A stretch of DNA of 64,000 nt, taken from assembly GCA_963804165.1 (NCBI GenBank), contig CAWDPO010000004.1, forward strand, positions 1 through 64,000, read 5' to 3'. Under the pieces are notes generated by a model. That model was not told where the DNA came from, searched no databases, and saw nothing but the letters and a program-made list of their open reading frames with translations. This DNA is from an uncultured delta proteobacterium (GTDB lineage: Bacteria; Desulfobacterota; Binatia; UBA9968). Of this stretch, positions 54,034 through 64,000 are shown one piece after another (the first letter of the stretch is position 1; every line of letters starts with the position of its first letter). The translations under genes and the position numbers were made by a program.

Positions 54034-54353
54034 GGCATCAGTCCTGGAATTTTCAATCCTCCGGTGATTTTGCTCATTTCCGCCGACACTAGATCGCGTG
54101 CCTTGCGCACGCCATCGTTAGTCGCCGCGAGGATCAAGTCTTCCAACATCTCCTTTTCTTCGGCGTTCACCACGGACGTTTCGATCTTGACCGCTGTAAC
54201 ATTGAATTGCCCGTTTACGGTAACCCGAACCATCCCGCCGCCAGCCGAGCCTTCGACAGTTTTATTCGCCAGCTCTTCTTGTATTTTCGCCATCCGCGCC
54301 TGCATGTCCTGAGCCTGCTTTAAGAGATTGCCCATCGCGCCTATGTTCGCCAT
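54030..54353 (-). CDS. ybaB: YbaB/EbfC nucleoid-associated protein
   Basis: KQAQDMQ, GSAGGGMV, EMLEDLI; between dnaX and recR. Confidence 0.96.
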   Translation of the reverse strand: MANIGAMGNLLKQAQDMQARMAKIQEELANKTVEGSAGGGMVRVTVNGQFNVTAVKIETSVVNAEEKEMLEDLILAATNDGVRKARDLVSAEMSKITGGLKIPGLMP

Positions 54354-54401
54354 CGCATTTCTCCTCGCGTTCTTAGGCCTTTTTTTGCGAAACCAACACC
54401 T

Positions 54402-56102
54402 TTAACCGTTTTCCCGTCGCACGTTGCGAACCGAACCGCCAAAAATACGTAATGCCTCTTTGACCATCGGACTTCGTTCTTCGCCTGCATTCACGGGAGT
54501 AACGGAACCCACCACGGTAGGCTTCGCGCTGTCCTCCGCAATGAGATTGACGATCTGCAAATCAATGTCGTGTTGAAAAAATCTCTTGGTCAGATCTTTG
54601 AGCGTTGTGAGATTATCGCCGTCCTGCCAGAACGCGAGATGGTATCGCTCTCCTATGCCGATTCTTAATGGACCGGGTGGCAATCCCAGCGCAGTTGCAG
54701 ATTCGAGATACGGCGAGAAAGGCTTCTTCTCTTTTCCGACAAAGGCAACAAACCCTTGCCAAGTAGTGATCGAATCACCGCCGGGAGCGGCTTGGGTCTT
54801 TGGCCGCGGCGGCTGAGCGGCAGGAATCGGCGCCAGCGGTCGGTGCTCGGGCGCGCGAACCGGCGCAGAGCCAAGTTTCGTTTCTCCGACAAACTTAAGT
54901 TCCAACCGTTCCAAGCGTTCGACCCATTCCGTAACCGGTAAAGTTTTAGGTAGGCCCGCCATCCGCACCAAGACGCTCTCTAGCGTGAAACGCGGCGTCG
55001 CCGAACGCGTAATCTCTTCTTCGCCGGCAGCGATGAAATCAAAATAATCGACTAATGTGTCAACCGGTAGTGCGCGAGACTGCTCGATCAGGTCTGAGAC
55101 CTCTTGGTCTGGAAGATCGAGAAGGTCGCCGCCGCCGGCCAGATTTGAGGTCGCCGCTGCTGATTCTTTTACGCTGTCGGCGCCGGTTAGCCGCGCGATG
55201 AGAAGATTTCTAAAATGTTCCACGAGATCGCGTGCAAGTCGACCCGTGTCGCAACCGAGGTTGACCAGTTGGGCGACGAGTTCGACGCACCGCCTCGCGT
55301 CGGCTTGAAGCACCGCGGCGGAAATCTCGTAAAGGACTCGCCGCTGCGCAAGACCGAGGATTTCCTGTAGTGAAATTTCGTCGACGCGTGGGCGCGTACG
55401 CCCGTCCTGCGGAGGTTCAGCAAAGGCGAGAACCTGCTCCAGCAGCGATTGCGCGTCACGCATGCTGCCGTCCGCTTCCCGCGCGAGCAGGACCAGCGCT
55501 CCTTCGGTGATATCAAGACCTTCGCTTTTTGCGATCAAGCCGAGCCGCTGGACAATTTCCCGCAGACGGATACGCCGAAAATCGTAACGTTGGCAGCGCG
55601 AAAGAATCGTCGGCGGCAGACGGTGAGGTTCGGTGGTCGCCAGGATAAATTTGACGGAGGGCGGCGGTTCTTCGAGCGTCTTCAACAACGCGTTAAATGC
55701 GTCTTTCGTGACCTGATGAACCTCATCGATGATATAAATCTTGAACCGGCAGTTTGCCGGCTGATAGCGGACATTTTCAATGATCTGGCGAATTTCATCG
55801 ATACCGCGATTCGACGCCCCATCGATTTCAAGCACGTCGAGCGAGCTGCCCTGTGCGATCTCCTGACAATGTGTGCACCGGTCGCACGGAGTCGCCGTCG
55901 GTCCTTCTTCGCAGTTCAATGCTTTGGCGAGAATCCGCGCCGCGGTTGTCTTACCGACGCCGCGAACTCCGGTAAACAGAAAGGCATGAGCGATTCGATT
56001 TGCGCGGATAGCGTTCTGCAGCGTGCGGGTGATAGGCTCCTGCCCGGCAATATCCGCAAAGGTTTGCGGACGCCATTTCCGTGCAATCACCAGATAGGAC
56101 AT
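54402..56102 (-). CDS. dnaX: DNA polymerase III subunit gamma/tau
   Basis: MSYLVIARKWRPQTF, GVRGVGKT, IDEVH, NALLKTLEEPP, SRCQ. Confidence 0.97.
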   Translation of the reverse strand: MSYLVIARKWRPQTFADIAGQEPITRTLQNAIRANRIAHAFLFTGVRGVGKTTAARILAKALNCEEGPTATPCDRCTHCQEIAQGSSLDVLEIDGASNRGIDEIRQIIENVRYQPANCRFKIYIIDEVHQVTKDAFNALLKTLEEPPPSVKFILATTEPHRLPPTILSRCQRYDFRRIRLREIVQRLGLIAKSEGLDITEGALVLLAREADGSMRDAQSLLEQVLAFAEPPQDGRTRPRVDEISLQEILGLAQRRVLYEISAAVLQADARRCVELVAQLVNLGCDTGRLARDLVEHFRNLLIARLTGADSVKESAAATSNLAGGGDLLDLPDQEVSDLIEQSRALPVDTLVDYFDFIAAGEEEITRSATPRFTLESVLVRMAGLPKTLPVTEWVERLERLELKFVGETKLGSAPVRAPEHRPLAPIPAAQPPRPKTQAAPGGDSITTWQGFVAFVGKEKKPFSPYLESATALGLPPGPLRIGIGERYHLAFWQDGDNLTTLKDLTKRFFQHDIDLQIVNLIAEDSAKPTVVGSVTPVNAGEERSPMVKEALRIFGGSVRNVRRENG

Positions 56103-56145
56103 AAGCTGAAGCCGAACGGTTACGCGACCGAAGACAATTATTCTT

Positions 56146-56380
<235 letters not shown>

Positions 56381-56388
56381 TGCTTCCT

Positions 56389-56483
<95 letters not shown>

Positions 56484-56535
56484 CACGTGGGAAATCAATC
56501 ACTTGTGCGCCCTGCCCTGCGTCTCTCAAGTGTCA

Positions 56536-56727
56536 ATGTCTCCAAAATGTCTCCACGGCGCGATTCTCGGTACTTTTCGCTGCTGTTTCGTCAACCTAAC
56601 ACAACAAATTATCAGGGGCAAAGATGAAATGCGAAGTTTTGCACGTTACACGATTGGGACTCCTGTAATGAAAAAAAACTCTCGCTCTTTGCCGTACTTA
56701 CTAACCTATGTCTCCACGATGTTTCCA
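56536..56727 (+). repeat. Paired 9-bp direct repeats (integrase arm-type-like sites)
   Basis: ATGTCTCCA at 56536, 56547 and 56708; ATGTTTCCA at 56719 (two pairs, 11-bp period). Confidence 0.6.
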
Positions 56728-56738
56728 AACAAATTGTA

Positions 56739-57251
56739 ATGGAAACTGAGCAAGCGCAGCCAAAAAAGCCGGGTAGAAATGGAATAGTTGTTCCGCCTGC
56801 ACCGAAAGGCAACCGCTACGCCGAAAAGCACGGCCTGCACACGATGAAGCAGGCAGTAACCGCGCTTGGAAGCCGGTCCATTGATGGCCGATCCAGCCTA
56901 AGCTACGCGCTCAAAAAATGGCGGCGGGAATTGATCGAGGATTCAGGCGGCGCTGATAACATCAGCACACAGCAAAGCGCGCTTGTCGACCTTGCCGTCA
57001 AGTCCAAACTTCTCTTGGATAGCATCGATGCATGGTTGCTCACGCAGCCAAGCCTTGTGAATGCCCGCAAGCGCTCACTTCTGCCGGTCGTGCTCCAACG
57101 CCAGACCCTTGCCGATGGATTAGCGCGCTATCTGGCAATGCTCGGCCTTCAACGCCGTGTCAAAACAACATCGCTTGCAGACCTACTAAACCGACCAGAG
57201 ATAACCAATGGGAGCAACGGCACTACCGATCATGAAATCGTGCGTCAGTGA
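56739..57251 (+). CDS. Terminase small subunit-like protein
   Basis: APKGNRYAEKHGLH motif typical of phage TerS/HGGxSTG-type proteins; helical body; upstream of TerL. Confidence 0.6.
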   Translation: METEQAQPKKPGRNGIVVPPAPKGNRYAEKHGLHTMKQAVTALGSRSIDGRSSLSYALKKWRRELIEDSGGADNISTQQSALVDLAVKSKLLLDSIDAWLLTQPSLVNARKRSLLPVVLQRQTLADGLARYLAMLGLQRRVKTTSLADLLNRPEITNGSNGTTDHEIVRQ

Positions 57252-57444
57252 GCCGTTAACGGCGGAAGGGCACGGCTTTAAACCGTGTGACAATCCATTC
57301 TGCAAGACGCCGACAGAAGCGAAGAGTGGCAAGAGGTTCTGCTCCGATCGCTGCCGGATGGATGGCTATGCTTTGAGACGCGTCAACGCGCTGCTCGATC
57401 GAGTGGGCGTTATCGAGTTTCACCGGATTTTGGATTTACTGTAG
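57248..57444 (+). CDS. Small zinc-finger protein
   Basis: CDNPFC...KRFCSDRCR; start codon uncertain. Confidence 0.55.
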
Positions 57445-57631
57445 GAAGGCGGCGAGCAGTAGCATGAGAAAAGCGGCAGTCAACAGTCCAACGCCCCCAA
57501 CCCAGAGCAGTGCGGTTCGCGGCGACTGTCGCAGTAACTTAGCGGTCTTTTCGATAGTCGAGCAATACACTAGTGGGAGGCGAAGTCCGACGGTTTTCAT
57601 CAGTAACTGCATAATCGCTTCGCCCTCCTCG

Positions 57632-57820
57632 TCACCGCTCGTTGAGGCCTTGAAGCCATTTGGTGAGTTCGCTTTCACGGACACGCCAACGGGCGCCCAC
57701 CTTGAAGGCGCGCAGTTCCTTGCCTCGGATCAAGCGCTGCACCGTTCGCGTAGATACCTGGAGCAACGCAGCGGTCTCCCGGATAGTCAGCAAACGAACC
57801 GGCTCAAGATCGTTTTTCAT
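57632..57820 (-). CDS. Excisionase-type helix-turn-helix protein
   Basis: LLTIRETAALLQVSTRTVQRLIRGKELRAFKVGARWRV. Confidence 0.88.
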   Translation of the reverse strand: MKNDLEPVRLLTIRETAALLQVSTRTVQRLIRGKELRAFKVGARWRVRESELTKWLQGLNER

Positions 57821-57969
57821 AGGCGGCCCGAAATACCCCCAATTGAGGAGCAATGGCAATGCCATGACGCTTCTAAGGTGTACGTGTCTGTTTCTTGGCA
57901 AAAGCAGCCGTGTTGCGTGCAGCCTGGCGGTACAAAAACCGATCACACGCTGCTAGGTGAGGTAACTCC

Positions 57970-59201
57970 GTGAACATAGTTTCTCCAATCACCTTCATTG
58001 ACAGAGTCGTTAAGAAAAACGAGCTGGGCGAACCGTTCGCGTTGACCGACGAGCAGCGGGAAATCTTGAGGCTTGCCTTTGCCTTCGATAGTGACGGCCG
58101 GTTCAGTGGGACACGATCATCTACAGCTGCATCAAGAAGAGCGGCAAGACCACGCTGAACGGCGCGTTAACGCTTGCCTGGGGATTCACACAAGAGGCGC
58201 CGAATGAAATCCTGATACTCGCCAACGACCTTGAGCAAACCCTCGCGCGTGTGTTCAAGACCATGGAAGGCATCATCAAGCACAACCCCGAGCTGCAGCG
58301 GGAAGCCGAGGTGCAGAGCAAGACTATATTTCTTGCCAACGGAACCACAGCAACGGCGATCAGCGGTGACTATGCCGGCGCCGCGGGCTCTAACCATGGA
58401 CTTGTGAGCTATGACGAGCTTTGGGGCTATACGAGCGAGTCGAGCATCCGGCTTTGGGAAGAGTTGACGCCCGTGCCTACCCGGCGTAATTCGATCCGGC
58501 TGGTTACCACCTATGCCGGCTTTGAAGGCGAATCGGCTTTGCTTTGGGACCTGTACTCGCAGCATGTTCCAACGGAAGCGATCGAGCCTTTTCGCGGACC
58601 CGTCTACATCGGCCAAACGTTTGAAGTGCCGGCAACCGTCATTGCTCAAAGTAATGGCGGCGCGATTACGGTCCTTGCGGCATTCGCGAACGAGCAGATG
58701 AGCTTACGGCGCTACGTTGAGACAATCGTAAAACCGTTTCTTGTGACCAATTGCCCATGGGTATTCAACGATCGCCGGCTACTCTTCGGTGTCGTTGAGG
58801 AATTGGAAACTCAATCACAATGCGACTTCGCCGGGATGCTTAACAGCAGCCTCGGCGGCAGTTGGGATCCGGCTAACTACCCGTGGGAAACTCGGCGGGA
58901 CTCCATGCTTGACGTCTTCGGCAAGGTGCAGCCCTACACCATGAAGCCTGCGCTGCAAATCGATAGAAGCAATGCGCGTTTACTCGTAGAAGCTTTAAGC
59001 GGGCGATGGTCCTACGAAGATGAAAGACGCGACAAGCGAACCTTATGGTCGTACGTGGCGCGCGCATTTAGTCTTTGCATCGACCGAATCGACCCGGGCA
59101 AGCCGCCACTAGGGCCGCCACTCACGATCAACACACACTTTGAAGTGCGCCGAATACAACACGGGGGAAATTCATGGAATCCAAGACAAATGATTTTATA
59201 G
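57970..59201 (+). CDS. Terminase large subunit-like ATPase, frameshift near 58105, atypical C-terminal domain
   Basis: FALTDEQ (Q motif), IKKSGKTT (Walker A), ILANDLEQ, VSYDEL (Walker B), VTTYAG (motif III). Confidence 0.75.
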
Positions 59202-59276
59202 AAACCGTATTTTCGCAGCTCAAAGGTCAGTGAGAGAGGGCCGGGGCTTATCCTTTCACCCGGCTCTCTCGTCGTT

Positions 59277-59492
59277 TTATCTGCGTGGCTTTTTCTTGAT
59301 GAGTGCCATCTTTCCGCGGCGTTTATGAACGTCGGCTTCCTTAGTTGCCATTTCCGTGGCAATCACAGCAAGCGATTGAGCGATCGGCAGAACCTTGACC
59401 GCAGCTTCCAGGTTATTCTCTTTGATCATCCACTCGGCGCATTTGTTCAATTCTCCGCTTAAAGTTAGCAGGCGAGATATAAAGTTGTTCAT
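59277..59492 (-). CDS. Hypothetical protein
   Basis: RBS AAGGGAG; 71-aa helical ORF followed by a hairpin at about 59232-59270. Confidence 0.5.
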   Translation of the reverse strand: MNNFISRLLTLSGELNKCAEWMIKENNLEAAVKVLPIAQSLAVIATEMATKEADVHKRRGKMALIKKKPRR

Positions 59493-59574
59493 TGTGTTCT
59501 CCCTTGGCGCGAATGCTATTTGAGTTCATCCGCGCGTGTCAAATATGTCTTCACGCCCGCGGGTGGGTCGTCGC

Positions 59575-59856
59575 ATGGAAGAAAAAGCCCTTTGGCTTGG
59601 CGTTCTGATTCAGGCAACCGCGGATATCGCCGGCAGCAATCAGGGGCCATCGCGTAACGCCCGCGCGTGGTTTGAATCGATGTCAACGGACAGCGGCAGC
59701 TACCGCTCGGTGTGCGCCACACTCGGGTTAGATCCGCGATATTACCGGAGCCGTGTGCTTAAGATCGCAGAGACCAACCCGAGGCAGCTGATTTGGTTGC
59801 GCAGGCATGCCGGGAACGTCACGCTCGCGGGTGCGTCGTTGCGTGCACCGTCTTAA
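59575..59856 (+). CDS. Phage-type hypothetical protein
   Basis: LWLGVLIQA...ARAWF...[13 protein letters not shown] pattern that I recognise from phage/island hypotheticals. Confidence 0.55.
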   Translation: MEEKALWLGVLIQATADIAGSNQGPSRNARAWFESMSTDSGSYRSVCATLGLDPRYYRSRVLKIAETNPRQLIWLRRHAGNVTLAGASLRAPS

Positions 59857-60315
59857 CCTTCTTCAGTGCCACATGAGTATAAATCTCAGTCGTGATGATC
59901 GACGCATGGCCTAGTAGCTTTTGAATCACCCGAATATCGGCGCCGTTTTCCAGCATGTGCGATTTTTACATGGGCGTAGACGGTGTTACTCCCCAGCCCT
60001 TCGGCTTTTAAGTGCTGCTCGAAGTCCTGCTCAATCGTTGTCAGCTGGCGTTTGTGTCTGCCCATGACGGTCACTTTTTGACCAATTCTAATGGTGCCTG
60101 ATCAAAGCGCTGTGGTTTTTTGTTCATGACTCTTTGAATTGCTCGTGTTGCTTGGTCGGTGGCGCGGTTTCTCTCGGGTTCATCCATTTTCGATTTTCCT
60201 CCTCCCCTTGTGACTTGTATGTTGTAGTCCTTGTGGACTCCCGCTGACAACTTTCAAACGTTCCCCGTGTTTAGAGCCCTCTGGACTCAAAAGCCGGAAG
60301 TAGCAGACTATATGG

Positions 60316-60576
60316 GTGAGCATAGAGAAGAATTTGTGGCTTGTTTGGCAGATTTTTTTGCTGGGCCTTGTTATAGGCCTTAGCCTCTTTATCCTCGCCT
60401 GGTTCATAAACTGGATCTTCAAGACCATTCTTCCAAAGCCATTCCGCGCGCCAGTATTGTTAGTCACCGGTGTCAGCTTCCTAATCATCGGTCTCTTGGG
60501 CCTGACCTCGGTTTTGGATAAAACTTCTATCGTTCAAGTTGTCCGCAGAGTTTTGACGTGGAGCCCTTTCAGTTAA
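60316..60576 (+). CDS. Hypothetical two-TM membrane protein
   Basis: Two clear hydrophobic helices. Confidence 0.5.
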   Translation: MSIEKNLWLVWQIFLLGLVIGLSLFILAWFINWIFKTILPKPFRAPVLLVTGVSFLIIGLLGLTSVLDKTSIVQVVRRVLTWSPFS

Positions 60577-60901
60577 AACCGCCGGGAGCCAGCCACTTGG
60601 CCAGCATCTCGGGCGCAACCCATTCCCCTCTAAGTCTCCGTGATTCGCCAGCGCTTCCTTAGGCCAACCCAAGGTCCAGCGGCGTACCTGTTCGCAGCTG
60701 TCGATATTCTTCGGCCGATCATCGCCAAACTGACGCAAAGTACGGGGCACAGGGAGAACTTTTTTCATGCCCGCTGGGTGCATTGTTGAATTTCAAAGAA
60801 AAGAAAACGGGGCCGACCTTGCGGTGCAGCCCCGTTGCTTTGTGTCTTTGGTTGGCGCCAGCCTTCAATGCCCGGCGTTATACCCCGCAAATTTCGGCTG
60901 G

Positions 60902-61111
60902 CTAGGGTTTGATACGCTGCATGCACTCCTGAAAATCCAATGGTTCGCTCTTTTGTAAATTTTTCCCTTCGTCGTAAGCCCATTTCCAGCAGATGTCCCA
61001 AGCCTCTTTTCGTTTTGCGTAATCGTAGTATTGGCGCCAGATGTACGTGACGCAAACCAAAGACACGAGAATCAAAGTCAAAAGCTGGACCGCTTTTAGG
61101 AACTTATCCAT
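60902..61111 (-). CDS. Hypothetical single-TM protein
   Basis: RBS GGAAGG; MDKFLKAVQLLTLILVSLVCVTYIW; Cys pair in the tail. Confidence 0.5.
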   Translation of the reverse strand: MDKFLKAVQLLTLILVSLVCVTYIWRQYYDYAKRKEAWDICWKWAYDEGKNLQKSEPLDFQECMQRIKP

Positions 61112-61286
61112 TTTAACGCCTTCCTGCTCTCCGATGGGTTTAATCGGGTGCGGTGCGTTGGACTTTGTTGTAGCTGAATTCACGGTCGACCTCACCTTGT
61201 CTAGTACCATAGTTCGCGCCTTTACTGGCCGGTGTCTCTGCTACAACAGAGCCCGGCCGATTTATTTCGGATCTACGCTATCTCAA

Positions 61287-61463
61287 TCATTTTTGTCTTT
61301 TAGGCTTCAACCCTCGCAACGCCATTATCGCAATGTGCGGGACTTTTCTCTGTTTGTTCTCCCAACGAGAGATGGTTCGTACCGTTGTTTTGAGAAGGCG
61401 AGCAATCTCACTTTGCGAATAACCAAGGCTCTCGCGAAGCCGTCTAAATTCTTGGGCACTCAT
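61287..61463 (-). CDS. Xre/Cro-type HTH protein
   Basis: MSAQEFRRLRESLGYSQSEIARLLKTTVRTISRWEN. Confidence 0.85.
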   Translation of the reverse strand: MSAQEFRRLRESLGYSQSEIARLLKTTVRTISRWENKQRKVPHIAIMALRGLKPKRQK

Positions 61464-61598
61464 TAAGTAGTTGCTATAGACCATTGGTCGGGGTAGAGTC
61501 AAACCGAAAAACAGGAATACGGAGGCAGACCCAGAGCCCATCTAAGATTCGACAACCATCAGCACAAGGAATAAACGGGCAGCGGATTTCACCGAGAC

Positions 61599-62276
61599 AT
61601 GACAAAAGCGATTGCTCTTTTTCTTATTGTAGTCTGCGGCTGTGCCCCTTTGAGCCCACGCGCCTCGTTTGAGGAAAGGCGAATACAAAGAAACGAAGAA
61701 TTTGAAAGGGAAGCCAGAACAAGTCCTGCCATTGTTGCGGCCTGGCACCTTAAGGAGAATTTGAAAAAGGACTATCGAGAACTTGTCGGGCCTTCGGAGG
61801 CATACGACGAAAAGATGGATCTGGAATTTTCCAATGCAAGTAACGAAGCCATGCTTACGACTCCGGGCCGATACGAAAGAATGGCTGAATCCTGGGCCAA
61901 GACAAGACCCGACCCTGTTCCGACGCGCCATCAAATCCGTCAAGGGATTAAAGTTCTGGATGGGCGAATCAAAAAACTCGATGTAGTGATAGCAAAGGAA
62001 ATGGAATTGGCTGAAGAGAACGCAAAAGAGGACGGAGAACAGAGAAAAAAAATAGTCCAGGTGATTGCCGGAATCGCATTGCTCTCCCTTGCAGTTGCGG
62101 CCGGCGTGGCGGCAGGATCCGCAGCTAGTCAGCCCTCGTACAATTCAACCTCGATAGGACCTTATGTGATCACGCGTACTGGTCCTACGACCACAACAGT
62201 CCTCACTCCGAGCCATAGAATGTACACATGCACAACTAGCGGGACTGACCGAGTCTCAGTCGTGAGCTGTTTCTAA
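61599..62276 (+). CDS. Hypothetical lipoprotein
   Basis: Lipobox LIVVCGC; coiled coil, internal TM segment, C-terminal CTT...VSCF. Confidence 0.6.
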   Translation: MTKAIALFLIVVCGCAPLSPRASFEERRIQRNEEFEREARTSPAIVAAWHLKENLKKDYRELVGPSEAYDEKMDLEFSNASNEAMLTTPGRYERMAESWAKTRPDPVPTRHQIRQGIKVLDGRIKKLDVVIAKEMELAEENAKEDGEQRKKIVQVIAGIALLSLAVAAGVAAGSAASQPSYNSTSIGPYVITRTGPTTTTVLTPSHRMYTCTTSGTDRVSVVSCF

Positions 62277-62943
62277 CTACCCGGTCTTACGCCGCAGTTT
62301 CTTTGCTATCTTTACCCTTCGCCCATACTTCCTTCTCATTTTCTGTTCATATTTTGCTCGATTTTTCTCACGCTCGCGATTCCTGAATGCGATTGTGGCA
62401 GATCTTTTCGCACAGTCCGTTGAGCAATAATGAAATCTAACATCCTTTCGCGGCGCCTTCTTGGACAGATAAAGACGTTTGCATTCAGGTCGGTCGCAAA
62501 GTCGGATCTGTTCCGGCGAAACACTCAAGTTGCAGCAATCGAAAAGACGTAAAACGGCTCGATCTACTACACCTGCAGCGGCGGTTGTCTCACGTACAAT
62601 GTAGCTGGCTGTATATCACAGAAGCGATTCTCAAGCTTGTCTGTTTATGCGCGGCGATCTCTAAGAGTATCTCTTTGAAGCGCTGCTGGATCTCCCCAAT
62701 CACCTCTGGTGTGAGCTCTTGCTTTAACCGAGATTCCGCGGCTTCTGCAAGGTTCTTTGAGAATGCAGACGCGGAATCGCCGCCGCGCGAGTTTACATTG
62801 TGTCGACCGAACAGGAATTCGACCAGTCCATCCCTTAGATTGAGCCAATCGCCTTCCCTCGAAGCATCCAAGTTGATGAGACATAGATAAATCGCGAACT
62901 CTAGGTGTTTGATATTCTCCCACTGCCAATCTTTCAATTTCAT
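62277..62943 (-). CDS. CGNR-type zinc-finger protein, split by a frameshift
   Basis: IRLCDRPECKRLY...HYCSTDC in the C-terminal piece; N-terminal piece 62590-62943. Confidence 0.55.
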
Positions 62944-63021
62944 ATCTAACCCCCAATATAGCGCAGTATTAGCAGGGTAATTAATCTTTGGCAGGGTTTT
63001 ACAAATCGGCCCGAGTTCGAC

Positions 63022-63605
63022 GCTTTATGCGAGTGCCTCGATGACAACAACCGGGACATCGTGCAGTTTCTTTACCTTTCCGCATGGCGCAGCGGCAAAG
63101 CCAAATCGCTTGAATGGGGCAAGGTCGATTTGAACGACGGCGTCATCCGACTGGCTCGCAAGAACGACAAAACCAAGCGACCGCGCACGTTGACCCTGAT
63201 AGGAGAATTGCGGGAGATCATCGAGCGGCGCCAAGCCAAGCGCCTCCCCTTCTGTCAGCACGTCTTTCACCGTGGCGGAAAACCCATTAACTCGTTTCGG
63301 CGCGCGGTTAGATCTGCGGCGATAGCTGCCGGATTGGGTCAGTTGGTCAAGGACCAAACCGGCAAGGAGAAATACGTAGGCTTCTTGCCTCATGATATGA
63401 GGCGCAGCGGGATCCGAAACCTGGTCAAAGCAGGCGTGTCCGAAGCCGTGGGTATGTCGATCAGCGGCCACACGACCAACTCAACGTACAAGCGATATGG
63501 TATTATCGACGAAGACATCCAGCGGTCAGCGCTGGAAAAGTCTCAGGAAAACAACAACGTGAGATCGAGCAGCGCAAAGTGGTGCCGATTCGTAAGGCGG
63601 TCTAA
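63022..63605 (+). pseudogene. Tyrosine recombinase/integrase, catalytic domain only
   Basis: WRSG, KND, HDMRRS, ISGH and KRYG catalytic residues; N-terminal domains absent. Confidence 0.88.
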
Positions 63606-63608
63606 AAG

Positions 63609-63629
63609 TTTTCGGCCACTTTTCGGCCA
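63609..63629 (+). repeat. Tandem arm-type-like repeat at the integrase end
   Basis: TTTTCGGCCA at 63609 and 63620. Confidence 0.6.
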
Positions 63630-63734
63630 AAACGGCACTTTTCAGGAGAAACGGAAACTTGATTTTTATCGGACAGGCTTTTGACTGGGTATCACGGAAG
63701 CGGGGTAACTCTTTGCGGACACAAGTAAAAAGGT

Positions 63735-63826
63735 TGGCGGAGAGGGAGGGATTCGAACCCCCGGTACGGTTCCCCGTACACTTGATTTCGAGTCAAGCGC
63801 CTTCAACCGGACTCGGCCACCTCTCC
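63735..63826 (-). tRNA. tRNA-Ser(CGA)
   Basis: GGAGAGGTGGCCGAGTCCGG...CT-CGA-AA...GTTCGAATC...CTCTCCGCCA. Confidence 0.97.
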
Positions 63827-64000
63827 GTTTTTTTAGAATCGCGCTTTTGCGTTCTGAGCCGTGCAAAAAAATCCGCAAGCAAAGCCGCGGATTCATCGGC
63901 TAAAACGCCGCCGGTCGCCGGCAATTGGTGGTTGAGTCGTCGATCCTCACATAATCGAAACAGAGATTCAACCGCGCCAGCCTTTGGATCGAGACAGGCG
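63793..64000 (-). CDS. tadA: tRNA adenosine deaminase TadA, C-terminal part
   Basis: Manual translation ACLDPKAGAVESLFRLCEDRRLNHQLPATGGVLADESAALLADFFARLR; synteny with ffs-dnaX. Confidence 0.85.
   Translation of the reverse strand, partial: ACLDPKAGAVESLFRLCEDRRLNHQLPATGGVLADESAALLADFFARLRTQKRDSKKTERWPSPVEGA

Larger units (their letters stand above)
56484..63734. mobile_element. Integrated phage-satellite-like / defective prophage element between two tRNA-Ser genes
   Basis: TerS- and TerL-like genes, excisionase-type HTH, Xre HTH, CGNR-like zinc fingers and an integrase next to a tRNA 3' end; interrupts tadA-tRNA-tRNA-ffs-dnaX. Confidence 0.75.

Overview
Bacterial chromosomal window. Gene content and protein styles resemble Deltaproteobacteria-like / Ca. 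Binatota genomes (inference, not verified). There are three zones. (1) 1-33 kb is a patchwork metal/metalloid/ion-resistance island: IS5, a CzcCBA-like RND pump, PadR-MFS-arsH, integron-cassette relics, a type IIG/ISP-like R-M gene, CorC/CNNM, a duplicated MFS-DUF190-crcB block with a fluoride riboswitch, an IS1-family element carrying mgtC, antiporters, an aquaporin, nfeD-floA and arsR-cadI-arsC-acr3. (2) 33-53 kb is a large phosphate/polyphosphate cluster: phoX, a porin, ppx, an ArsC-like protein, sixA, CHAD, two thymidylate-kinase-like genes, pstSCAB-phoU-phoBR and DUF47-pit, tied together by 11-bp-periodic Pho-box-like arrays. (3) 53-64 kb holds recR-ybaB-dnaX-ffs-tRNA-Ser(GGA), a ~7 kb phage-satellite-like element (TerS/TerL, truncated integrase), tRNA-Ser(CGA) and the 3' end of tadA. 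Many genes, mostly in the first half, are split by single-base indels that are probably long-read errors. The best leads are: a heteromeric TMK-like (PPK3-like) pair inside the polyP cluster; a Pho-box-preceded split pseudo-histidine-kinase/USP module; export-signal leader ORFs with RAPP/RSPP arrest-like motifs in front of ion transporters; a terminase-only satellite; and an extended SRP RNA.
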